Positions 50,191-62,039 of a stretch of DNA of 64,000 nt are shown here, piece after piece. This DNA is from Laetmonice hystrix (taxonomy: Eukaryota), in assembly GCA_965235115.1 (NCBI GenBank), contig OZ249444.1:6076001-6140000 (forward strand), given 5' to 3'. The first letter of the stretch is position 1, and each line of letters begins with the position of its first letter. The notes under the pieces were generated by a model. It worked only from the letters and a program-made list of their open reading frames with translations, did not search any database and was not told the DNA's origin. The translations under genes and the position numbers were made by a program.

Positions 50191-51892
50191 ATGTATGTAG
50201 GTTTCTAAAGAAGGTGTGATGAAAGGACATTGAATTGAAATTTAAACATGCCATGTTTATGATGTATGTTTTGTGTTAAAATGACAATGTCAGTGTAACA
50301 CCTTCGTGTTATATTGTTAGATTTAGTTGATACGCACATGATGTGAACCTACCTTTTCCCCCCAAATTTTTCATAAGAGCAATTTCGTAATCCCAATGGC
50401 TTTCAGGTAAAAAAATCATCGGCTGAAAAAGTTATTATGAACGACTTATTTCCGAAATGATGTGTGGTGCAGTTAACAGCGAATGCAATCTCTCATGTTG
50501 TAGGGGCATATTGTGTGCATCCTAATCGAGTCCTAATAATAACGCACGATTAGTGAAAAACGTTCATTCACGAGCTTAAAGTATAAGCTTGTCTTAGACT
50601 TACTGGGTGGTAATTTCCATAATAGGGGCGCATGAGGAAACAAATCCGACCATCGGGAATGAGAGCGTTCAGTCATTCCAGCAGCAGACTGAAGACAGGA
50701 GCGTTGGCGGACGTTACATTGTGACTGGTTAGAGTAGGGGTAGGAGTATAACCCCCTGGTCACCACACGAGTTGGGTTAGAGTATCACCCCCCCCCCCCG
50801 GCCACCACACGAGTTGAAGACCTGACCAATCGGTCAGCCACCATACTGAGGCTCCCATCAACCAAGATGCTTCCATTTCCCGCACAATTAACTTCTGCGC
50901 TTCTCGTTAACAGCGCATTCCTTCTTTTGCCGTAATTACATTTGTTTCTAATTAATCAGCCTCTTGACACACTATCAAAGCGTCGAACGTTCCTGTCGTA
51001 GAATATTTATCATGGCAAGTGGTTTATTGATGTTATGGGTAGGAGCACGATGTCTATGGTCAGCGAAAGTTGGAGGAGCAGGATTTCACAGACCTACTCC
51101 GACCTACCTTTCAAATAATAGCATGTAAAATTAAGAATTGAGGGAGGCTCCAGGGGAAGGAAGTGACGTGCCTCACCGGAGATGGACCAAGATCAATGGG
51201 AAATTACTGCAATTGTTAAATCAACAAGCCGTATTTGAAAAAAGTTTCAAACTCCTATTTGAGATAACTTGAATGTCAAGATTCAAGCGTGTCTTGAATA
51301 GATTACAATTAAACAGGTCAAAAATCGAAATGTCGTTGGTGTGTATTTATTGAGATTCACACAATCGCTCAAATCGACAACGAGGAACCACTGTGACAGA
51401 CAGCTCAAGGATTGAGGGCCAGTTTAGTGCAGGTATTGGTTTGTTATTGGTCGGGTCACAGTTGAAAGGTCAACTCCATGGAGTTGGAGCTTAACCCAAT
51501 GATGAGGTCCCCCCTTGTGCAGCAGGTTGTTGATGTGCGGGCCCATTTGTTAGAGTGCTGTCTGTGGGTACATGTGAGCCTTGAGTGATGATGGATGAGT
51601 TAGTCGGTCTTAGGGGGAGACGGGGGAATGCCCCCCCCCCCACCCCCAAGGTATTGTGTTAAGTGTCCACCTAACCCCTAGCGAGCGCTGAGGGATCACT
51701 GGTCCCGGAAGATGGACCATACATTACTGTGCCATCAATATTCTGATGAGGTCTGATTGGTTCACTACTGTACCAATTTATTGTCTGGTCCGGTCTGATT
51801 GGTTGTCTGCTGTACATTACTGTGTCTGATTGGTTGATTTCCGTACATTATTGTGTCTGATTGGCTGACTACTGTAAGGAGTGATTCCTTTA

Positions 51893-52515
51893 CTGGAGGT
51901 TAGCTTAGGTAAAGCTGCATGCAGCTAGCATTGACCTGGAGGTTAGGTTAGGCTGCAGACTGAGCAATGACCTAAAGGTTAGGTAAGGCTGCATGCAGGT
52001 AGCATTGACCTGGAGGTTAGGTAAGGCTGCAGGCAGTGACCATTGACCTGGAGGTTAGGTAAGGCTGCAGGCAGTTGGCATGGACCCGGAGGTTAGGTAA
52101 GGCTGCATGCAGTGAGCATTGACCTAGAGGTTAAGTAAGGCAGCATGCAGTGACCATCGACCTGAAGGTTAGGTTAGGCTGCAGACTGAGCAATGACCTG
52201 AAGGTTAGGTAAGGCAGCATGCAGTGACCATTGACCTGGAGGTTAGGTAAGGCAGCATGCAGTGACCATTGACCTGGAGGTTAGGTAAGGCAGCATGCAG
52301 TGACCATCGACCTGGAGGTTAGGTAAGGCAGCATGCAGTGACCATTGACCTGGAGGTTAGGTAAGGCGGCATGCAGTGACCATTAACCTGGAGGTTAGGT
52401 AAGGCAGCATGCAGCTAGCATTGACCCGGAGGTTAGGTAAGGCAGCATGAAGTGACCATCGACCTGGAGGTTAGGTAAGGCTGCATGCAGTGAGCATTGA
52501 CCCGGAGGTTAGGTA
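51893..52515. repeat. Minisatellite, 38-bp unit (about 16 copies)
   Basis: Unit GACCTGGAGGTTAGGTAAGGCAGCATGCAGTGACCATT. Confidence 0.96.
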
Positions 52516-53756
52516 GCAGGCAGTGAGCAATGGAGATAAGTTAAGACTCCAGGCAATAAGCCTTGACCTAGAGATTAGATATTAAGTGTACAGACGGTTA
52601 GCATTGACAAGTTACGCAAGTCTCCCTTGTTGGTTCACACGGGACAAAGGAACATTACCTGTGCCGTGTGCCTGTGTGTCTGACGAGCCTGATGTACGGC
52701 AGTGTTTGGTGGGCTGCAGACAGACCTGAAGCCCGCTGCCGTATATTTCGCCGCACCTGCCGGTGGTCGGCACGGCCCGTCCGGCACGGCCCCTGAGGTT
52801 GTCCGGTATGATAGCGGCGAGCGCAAGGCAGGCTACCCGCGACTACTTCACAGAGGACATGCTCTCTGTCGATGGGCAGGGAGAGCACGGCACATGCTCA
52901 GTACATCCCGCCAGGCAGGCAGGCAGGCAGCCAGCAGCAGGAGGAGGAGCAAGCAGCAGCACGGAGATGCAACAGACACATTACTTCACCTCGCGGATGG
53001 CTAACGATAAGGCAGGACACACAGCCACACAATGAACAAAGTCAACTGAACACACTGACCGCCGCCATGGTGGCGTGTGTCCACATACAGTAGGTGAAGC
53101 CATTATCTACAGCCAGCATTACCCACTCTTCAAGTTTGTATAGCACCTAACAGCAGACATCAAGGACCTCAGCGGCACCAGGACATGTAGGTACTGATGG
53201 AGGTGGGACATTAAGGGGGCCATTGTAAGGGCCATCAGCACCCCTAGTTGTGACATCGATAGGTCAGAGAGCCATCATATAAACGCTAACAGTCGGGCCG
53301 CCCGGGGGGATGGGCTCCTGAGGATTCACTAACCACACCGGCCTAGGACATACATACATAAAGGACAATGAGAGGCAGTGGCCTGTACCTCCGTGTGGGC
53401 TGTCCTCATCAGTGACATCCAACTGCAAACAATTATAGCAGCGAGTGCAGCGAAGACAACGGCACCACAAGGACCTCGTGCATGTTTGGCTAGTGAGACA
53501 GGATTCGTTTAGTGTTAATAACGCCAGGTGACCGTGTGGACTATCTCTGTTGATGAGGGAGGAGTTGTTGGCTGGCATGCAGATCGTGCTGTTCTCTGGA
53601 TGCTTACAGCCGAAGGTTTATTGTGGGCCCGGGTGAAGTTGAGCAGTGGGTAGGACTTCGGTACACGCTGTGTGTTACATTGGCACTGACAGTGATCGTG
53701 GGTGGAAGCCATAACAATACTAATCTCCCCACCATCGCATCGGTGGGTGACATGCA

Positions 53757-53848
53757 GCGAATTAACACGGCCGATTGATGATACCCAGCGAATTAACACC
53801 TCAGGTTGATAATACCCAGCGAATTAACATTTCAGATTGATAATACCC
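53757..53848. repeat. 31-bp tandem repeat x3
   Basis: GCGAATTAACAC..CAG.TTGATAATACCCA at 53757, 53788 and 53819. Confidence 0.85.
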
Positions 53849-54889
53849 GGGCCGCTCTGACAATACCTGTTGATGTACTGCGCCATGTGCGGCGGCTAGA
53901 GTGTCGGTGTGGGCGGTCATAGGATCCACGATCGGGGGATTATATCAAGAGTCGGATTGTGTACACGGGCGGCCGCTGGGACCTGGCATTCTGGTGGATA
54001 CCCCGGGTCACATAAATAGATACCGTATAAGACCCGAAAACGTTTAAAAAAACGTTCTTTGCTGGTTGAACGGGTGGTTGGTTGGACCGTCTATAAAGTT
54101 GGCCTGGGTCGGCGTCTGACCTCGGTGACGGATGAGACACAGAACGACTGGCGGCAGGCGACATGATCTGACCACGATATACGGCGTCTTTAATTGTTCT
54201 CACCGTGGGCGCACACCTGGCGGAGGTACCCTGGAGAACGCCTGGAGAACGCCAGCAGAGGAAGAGTGTGAGTCATCCAAAGTGCTCCCTAGAGGGGTGC
54301 TCTCCCGCTCACACCGATCGACGGAATTAACTTAAGGTTAACCGCGTGGACAGCCACTGACTTCCCACTCCTACAGCTGCGGCTCCACCATCCATTTGAC
54401 CAATCCACCAGGCAATCCACCATCTAATCCATCCACCGGACCAGTAGGTCCCTGAACGCATTCATCAGAGGATTGTGAAATGCGATACGGTCATTAAAAT
54501 CTGGGAATGATGAAGTAGCCTTGTGTTTAGATCATGCACGGGAAACATCAGAATGGCCAGGAACAGACCTCATGTGATTCACCTGGGCGAGTCAAGCCAC
54601 GTTTCCCGACCTTCTACAAGCCTCTAACAGTGTGCGTTGTGTATTTGTGTTTTTGTTGAAGGTCTAAATGAGACCATAGCTTTGTATCTCGCAGCACATG
54701 ATTGAGAGGTCCGCTGGGAGAGAAGGAAGAGGTTTTTGCAGGAAGAAAGAGCTATTGTTGGAGCTGGTAATGCGCGGTGGAGCAGCGTAATTAAGCCATT
54801 GGGAAGCAAGGGATCACCACTACAGTGTTGCGGTAGAAGAACTAGCAAAGTGGCACTCCAACAGCGAACTGGGTGGTTGTTCCTAGGAC

Positions 54890-55580
54890 TCTTGTTATTG
54901 TGGGCGGGAAGTCCGGACCGGAAGTGCTATGCATTATGAATTGGTCGGGTTTGGGAATATGATGGGCGATAATTGATGAGGATGCCGAGTCAGGGATGAC
55001 CCAGAGGAGCTCAGATGACCTAGATCCAAACCGCCCTTCATTATTCTGACTGATGAAGATGGTGGTGTACTAATGAAGACAAAGGATCAAAGAACTGGTA
55101 TCTCCTGGGCTTTTTCCGATAGGGCAGACCGGATACCCTTGCATGGCCCTTACTGGGCCCCACAAAACATCCGTCATAATCACCCCACAACATCAAAGGG
55201 TCATCACTTAATGGCAGTGTGGGCTGGCGCAGCATGATGCTAATGGTGTAGGGCAGGTTTTGGCTAGTCTACAGAAGGACCTGCAATTTCCTCTCAATAG
55301 CCACCGACTCTGTTTTTTTGTTTAAACAATTAGAATCCTTTATAGTGCAGGATGGCATATAAACGTGCGCGACTGCTAGTCATCAACAGCAGCAGTTAAC
55401 ACACAGCTAGGAGATCGATTTGGCGTGCTTACACTAGAAACTTGTATGGAATTATGCAAGACTACGTGAGAACTTGTGGACAGCGGTAGGGAGGGCGGAG
55501 AGGGCGAATCTGTGGGATTAGCTGCTGCGACCTTCTCGCAGCCTTTGTGGAGATGAAAGAGACATAATCCTGACAAATCC
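54890..55580 (-). mobile_element. Possible PIF/Harbinger transposase relic
   Basis: Minus-strand SCVLTAAVDD (cf. SIVL.AVVD), PLSDDPLMLWGD (cf. PL..D.P..FVGD), EGRFG (cf. ENAFG) and IHN (cf. LHN), in order. Confidence 0.3.
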
Positions 55581-55814
55581 CACTGTCTGCTGGCTGCACA
55601 AGTTGCCTCTACCTGATCCGAGCCAATCTGCCGGCCCGACCAGTGTTTACTAGTTTGAAGTCGTGTGTAGAGGATTGCTGTTCGAAGCTTCAGACGCCAG
55701 CCGTATTGTTCTAAGGGCGTATTGTTTTAGACACGTTTGATGTCGTCTCGTCTTGCTCCAGACATAGGACTTGAGTCAGATCTGTTCCCAGGGGATTCCT
55801 AGAGTTGTTTCCTG

Positions 55815-56053
55815 AGGATTTCCTGCACTCCATGTGGTGTTACATACCAGGATTTCCTGCAGTCCATGTGGTGTTACATACCAGGATTTCCTGCAGTCCA
55901 TGTGGTGTTACATACCAGGATTTCCTGCAGTCCATGTAGTGTTACATACCAGGATTTCCTGCAGTCCATGTGGTGTTACATACCAGGATTTCCTGCAGTC
56001 CATGTGGTGTTACATACCAGGATTTCCTGCAGTCCATGTGGTGTTACATACCA
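55815..56053. repeat. Minisatellite, 34-bp unit (about 7 copies)
   Basis: Unit CCATGTGGTGTTACATACCAGGATTTCCTGCAGT. Confidence 0.96.
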
Positions 56054-58155
56054 AGAATCTACCCGTTGCATACCAAGGGTTTAAATCAATTCTGACGGCA
56101 ACTCTTCCTCATAACTTTCCAAGGGGTTCATACCAAACAGTTCACAGCAATTCGATATTCCTGCAGCTTGTCAAAACCGATACAGCGCTGGTTATGCCAT
56201 GGCCGTTTGTACACCACTGAGGGCGCTGTAAGCCAACCAAGCACGTTATTATTGACTATCTAACTTTGTAATCCTTGTCTGGCGTTCAGACACTTCCCTA
56301 GCTTTGGTTTGACAGGGGCATGTGGTGGAAACGGACTTCGGCGTCAGGCGGTTTTTCTCTGTGGTGACTGTCCCGGGAGAGAAAAGGGAATTCCTTTTGA
56401 AGGATTCTACAAATCACGCCACTTATCTGGTTGATCACGGAGACCGATAGCTTGTACCATCGCTTATGGCTTTTGTCTTAGATTGGCTGATTCCAGCGTT
56501 GTAACGTGGCGTTGTTATCTACAAGGAGATCAAAGAGAAGTTATTGATTGCTCATTAGAATGGTGATGAAGCTCTAAAGCCGGGTTAGATTGGGTATTCT
56601 GTCGCTGGACCTGTCCTTGTGTTCGCGTGGTGCTCCGCGATATCTGCTCGATGACGTATTATAGCAGTCAGGTATAGGGATAATGTGGTCAAGTATCATC
56701 AGAGAACGTAGGGAGGAAAAGTGCAAATTATATTGGAAATATTTCCTTTAATGTGAACAGTATTGCCTTGTCAAATAAGCCCCCCCCCCCCCTCCACACA
56801 CACTCTTCCCCTCGTTTCAAGCCACACAGTAGTGTCGGTTGTTTCAAAGAGAATAGGTTCTTGGCATTCATTTGAAATGCAATATTTTCCGAGTCTAAGT
56901 GACATTTTGTTTGGATGATATTTTATATGACGTAGGTAGTCGGCTCTCTCAGGGTTGGTTTCGTTTGTCTGAACAAGCTATTGTTATTTTAGAAAACCGT
57001 ACAGATCCCCCCCCCCCTCCCGGCAGCGCGAAGATAATTGACCATAGAGGTAGAATAACCTTTGAAACATTAGAGTTGTTTGTCTCCCGAGGGACCCCCG
57101 CTATAACGTCAAACAGTGGAATCATTTCCATAACGTATCTGACAGCAGAGAATTGCCACCACTTGAACATCCCGGTGAATCTGACTGTGAAATAACAAGA
57201 AGAATATATTAATATAAAAGCTATTAAAAATGACTATTCAGTCAACTACGTGCCGCTATCATCGAGATAAGTGATTCGATACAGGAATCGTAGAGCCGAA
57301 GTGGAAGGAATTTTTGCTGCCAGTCTGGCGGTTGGCTGGCAACCCTTGTCTGAGACCACTCGCCTGGCAGCACATGTGAAATGGGAGCGTGGAGGCGTGA
57401 AATATAGACCCAGGTGCACAGAGCCAGGGTGTAGGCGCTATGTCAGTGTGGCCCAACATTGTGTAACGATTGGTAAACGTTTTGTTTGTTTCCAGACAGT
57501 GCACAAGTCTGTCTGCTGTTTGCAGCCTTCCTACACCCTCCCCTCTTTCTCCTGTTTGTCTTCGTCCTCCAGGAATTTGAATGACACTGCTTGCATATAT
57601 ATTGGACTGATTGTGCAGTTGCCTGCGTTTGGTGCTAACGTCATGTTTGCCATATGAAGGTGTCCCTTGACGGGCTCTGTCAGGGGGGACCGGAGGCTGT
57701 GGTTATTGTGGACCAGCTGCCTACTGAAGGCCCACACAATACCTCGGCACCAATCAGGATTAATGGTCAACTGATCCGCCACATGCAAATGAGCACAATC
57801 ACCAAGGAAACAGGCGCTGATTGAAGGTAGCTGCACCAGGCGGCGTACACTTCCGATGTGATTGGGAGAAACCTCTCTATGACGGACAAAAAGCATTGAA
57901 TTGCATTATTACTATTCTGCAAGGAAAGATGAGTCGATGTGGCGGGACCAGTCGCTGCATACACATACACATTTGATGCGGGACGATAAGGACATAGGAA
58001 TAGTCAATGTTAAGATAGGCCACCGATCTGCGGCATTGTTGTGATTAATGAGTATATGATTAATATCGGATATTCTAGTAGGCGCAGGGGGGACCTTCGG
58101 TGAGAGCCACTAACAGCGGTTTTCAGGTTTAGGGTTGGGTTGTCGTGGACGGTGT

Positions 58156-58196
58156 GCAGTAGGGGGTCAGTACTCGAGTTGACCACCAGAGGGAGT
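58156..58196 (+). promoter_or_regulatory. Tandem CTCF-like motifs
   Basis: GCAGTAGGGGGTCA (58156) and CCACCAGAGGGAGT (58183). Confidence 0.35.
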
Positions 58197-61100
58197 GGTT
58201 GTAGGTTGGTGGACTGCTCGTACCCCGAGGAGAGGGGTTGGAAGCGTTCTGTGGCTGGGGGACACGGCTAGTGTATGTCGGCAAGGATTGTCACCGAGTG
58301 TCGCCATCATCAGTGGCATCATCATCATTAACAGCAGCAGGTGGATTGACGACGTCGGAGAAACCACAGGAGTCAGGCAAGACACCTTTACCAGCCAGAG
58401 ACTTGAGTCAGACCAGGGCCAACTGAAGGCGAGCCAGAACAGCAATGTGGACATCGGGATTGTATTGGACGTGACTGACTATGGGACCATTTTGACTTAA
58501 GGAATCCCATCATCAACAAAGGTCGGCAGAAAACCTTTGTCACAAAGCTTGGGAAAGTTCCAACTCGATTTATGTCGGACTAGAGAGCATTATCACCTGC
58601 CAAAAACAGTAGTGTGACACGCAAGAACACCATACTGTGATTAGTTGAAACAGGTGGTTTTAATTTTGTGCTGACTGTGTGCAAACTCGGCATATATGCG
58701 TGCCTAAAGGGACAGTATCGTACAAAGTGCACAGTGTGAACAACACAGGGCTGAGAGCTGAACGCCAGTGACATTTACGTGATCTGTCAAACACAGAAAC
58801 TTAAAGTCAAAATCGTGTGCATTAAATTTAAATATAACAGTAAACTGGGACACACATTAGGTGGATATTGCCGTACAGAGAAGTTGTACGTTTTAAAGGG
58901 ACAAGAACCTTTGCCCAAACAAGCCCAGGAGTAAAACTGTAAATGAACGTGTAGAGGACTGCTGATGGTGGTGGAAACCATACAGTGCGACAAAGACTGA
59001 ATGAATGGGCGGGCGGTCGTATTTCTGTGTAGGAAATCAAAGGAGGATCAGCGGAGCTGGTTGGACAATGAGATAGGTTGCTGGTGTTACTACCCCAGAA
59101 TCTGTGACAATGTCCCTTCATCAACTTTTCTGAGTCAAGTACCTGTGTACTTTGGAAGGCACTGTGGACTGAGTGGAACTTATCGGGACCAGCTGAGCTA
59201 GGTCCTAGGGGACCTTGAGGTCCAGCACAGAGCAGGGTTTGGGTTTGGGGCCGTCCTAACCACATGTTTCATGGCATCATGGTAACAGCGGCGGGAGTGG
59301 AGTGCCGCTTGGACTGCGTCCTTCACGTGGATCAATGAACGATAATGGAGCACCTTTCTCAGTCAGCCTCTACAGCCACAAATTAACAGGCGCCGCCCGG
59401 GCCTAGCCTGGCGTGACTCGCAGCTCTCCGTCTCCACTTAATGCCTACCTCCCATTGAGTAGCAAGTGAGAGAGCTACCTCTGATTAGGGGATCCCGTTC
59501 AAGGCAAGAAATGGGAAACACAAAGTATCACACAACGGTGGATGGTGATGATCTGCGCGCTCTCAACTACTTTTAGGAATTTTTTGACTTCCTGGCACGT
59601 GACATTGGTTTCCTGTTGGTGAGTGGACTGCCATCATTGCGGTCCGAATCAGGCTGAAACTCCGGCGATTGTCGGCTGCTGATGATAGGTCACGTCTGTG
59701 ACGTCACACAATAGCGTCGGGAGGAGTCGGCACGTCACAAACTACCTGCCTTTAACAAGTGGTGTACGTGCGGTCGACCGTGTGGGCCTGGTATGTAGTA
59801 AAATGAATGGGAAACTGGAGCAAATTGCGATCGTTTTCTAGTCGCTGAATGGAGCATTGACAGGAGCTAAGGGAAGTACGATTCTTGATTGACTGGACAA
59901 CGACGTGCTCACTCTCTCCACGCTGTCTCGCATTCAGGACCACTGCTTCAAGTTTTTGCCTAAACCGCAATTTCTACTGGTCGTTGTATGTTGCGATGTG
60001 AGTCAGGCTCCAGGAAACCCCTGTCAGCATTAGTTATCCCGTCTGTGTAGGCAGGCTGTTGATTACAAAGCCATCGCATGGCTGTGACAGACATCACTAT
60101 CGTTAAGCCCCCAATCGCTGTGTGCAGTTCGTCACAAGTTGGTCGCTAACTGGTCGTTACCGCCCGGTAGCAACATCTTCCATCAGCCCTGATTATCGCC
60201 CACGATCCAGCCAGCGAGGTAATCGACGGGACCAGGACGAGGTCTGGCTGCGATTGGCTTGACGTTTTTCACCGCAGCACGTTTGTGTAAATCAGGAGTC
60301 GTGTGGGACCCTCACCGGTCAAGGGGCAGGTAATGAGAAAAATACGACATTCTTGCATTTGAAGGTGTCATAATGATCCAGAGGAGGACCTGTGCAATCG
60401 GTACGGTAATGGATTGAGATAGTTCCAGGCGCGGCCGATCCCAAGGCGTGGTGCCAAGTCGTCAATATGTTTTCTCTATAACAACACGTGCTGATTGGTG
60501 AACAAAACTGGTGGCCATGCAGTCTGGATTGAGCGCGGGTTGAAATGTGTGAATCTTGATGAAATTGGCCAGGATGCGGCAGTCCTGGATCAAACTGAGG
60601 ATATTGTGCTGAGATTATGTATGGATTATAAGTTTATTATCCGCGGGGCGCCAGCACAAGATAGCCACGTCGAAGAATCACTGAGGTGTCTGTGAAGATT
60701 GTCGCGATCTTGAGGTTAGTTGCAACCCTACGGTGTACTTCACCGTGCTTCACGTTACTTGGACCATTACACAGTGAAATATCAGTGTGCGGAGTGGCGC
60801 ACGGAGTGTTTATAGATTAGACAGGGCCGGTTGGCATGGTAGATTAGCAAGACTTTACATTGACTGTGTGGTGTAGGAACGTACCTGACTCAACTCGAAA
60901 CGTCGTGGAGGCGCGCTCGCTCACCAAAGGGACCTGAGGTAGTGAGTGGTAGCCGTAGAGAAGACTGTCTACCGGAGTACAGCCTGGATGGAGACAGCTC
61001 ACTGGAGGAGCATTAGTCGAGATTAGCCAAATTTGCACAGGAGGAGGGAGTTCCGATGATCTTTACAGCATCCGTGGAGCACCATTAGGGCCTGAGCGGG

Positions 61101-62039
61101 GTTGGGTTTCCATGCGTGTGACTGGGGACAATTAGCAGGCATGACAACCGGCGCCAGCTTTCAGCGGAACCGTGCTGGAGTAAAAGTTATAATCAGACAA
61201 CCGATGCCGTCAAACTGACACCGTATTTACCAAGTGTGCCAGGAAGACTTGATGGCAATTACAACTATTTAATCAGGATTTAATCAGGTTATAATATTAT
61301 AGTTATTTCAGCAGCTGCGGCAGAGTGCAACCGCCGTTTTCAAACTCTGCTGGGAATGAACATTTATTTTCACGGTGATGTATTAGAGGAAGCTCGCATC
61401 CATTTGATGTGTGGTTAGATTCGCACCAAACCAGAACAGCTGAGCCTGGCGGCGTATTTTATTTAAGCTGAAGTTGCGAGCAATCTTAGCTGTTGAGGAG
61501 TGGTTGGAAGGGCCATAGTAAATCACCACTCTAACCGGCGCCTTCCACCACACGGCCACCCGCCCACACTGCCGTGTTCAACAAGCCACATTTGGCCGCT
61601 GAATCAGTGAGCCGGCTTAACCCGATCAGAAGTTGTGTGAAGGTCATCTAACAAACTGGAATGAAAGGTGAGACGACGGGGCAGGTAATGAAAACCTATT
61701 ATCAGCGCAGTTAACACCTCTTGGCCACCAGAAGAGGAACCAATCAATGAGACCCCAGCGGAGCTCTCTTTAGTAATCCAGCCGGGACACACGGCTAGAA
61801 TTGAACACATCCAAGTGCATTATTCATTCGGAGCTGTCTGCAGGAGAGCTGAGTCGAAATGAGGCCTGTGTGTTTGCGATCCGATCGCTGATTTCCTATA
61901 CATAGAAATAGAGCGGTGATCATTGTGAGGCCATTGGTGGGCTAACAGCCGACCCGTGGGAGGAGTTTACCGAGGTGGGGAGAACTGTGGACTAGTGCAG
62001 TAGTATCGGCACGTGGATCAAGGTGTAGCCTACAGGTGT

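Noticed and set aside
57530-57660. Strong polypyrimidine tract + AG at 57572 as an exon
   Set aside because: Two frames stop immediately, and the third has no good donor before its stop.
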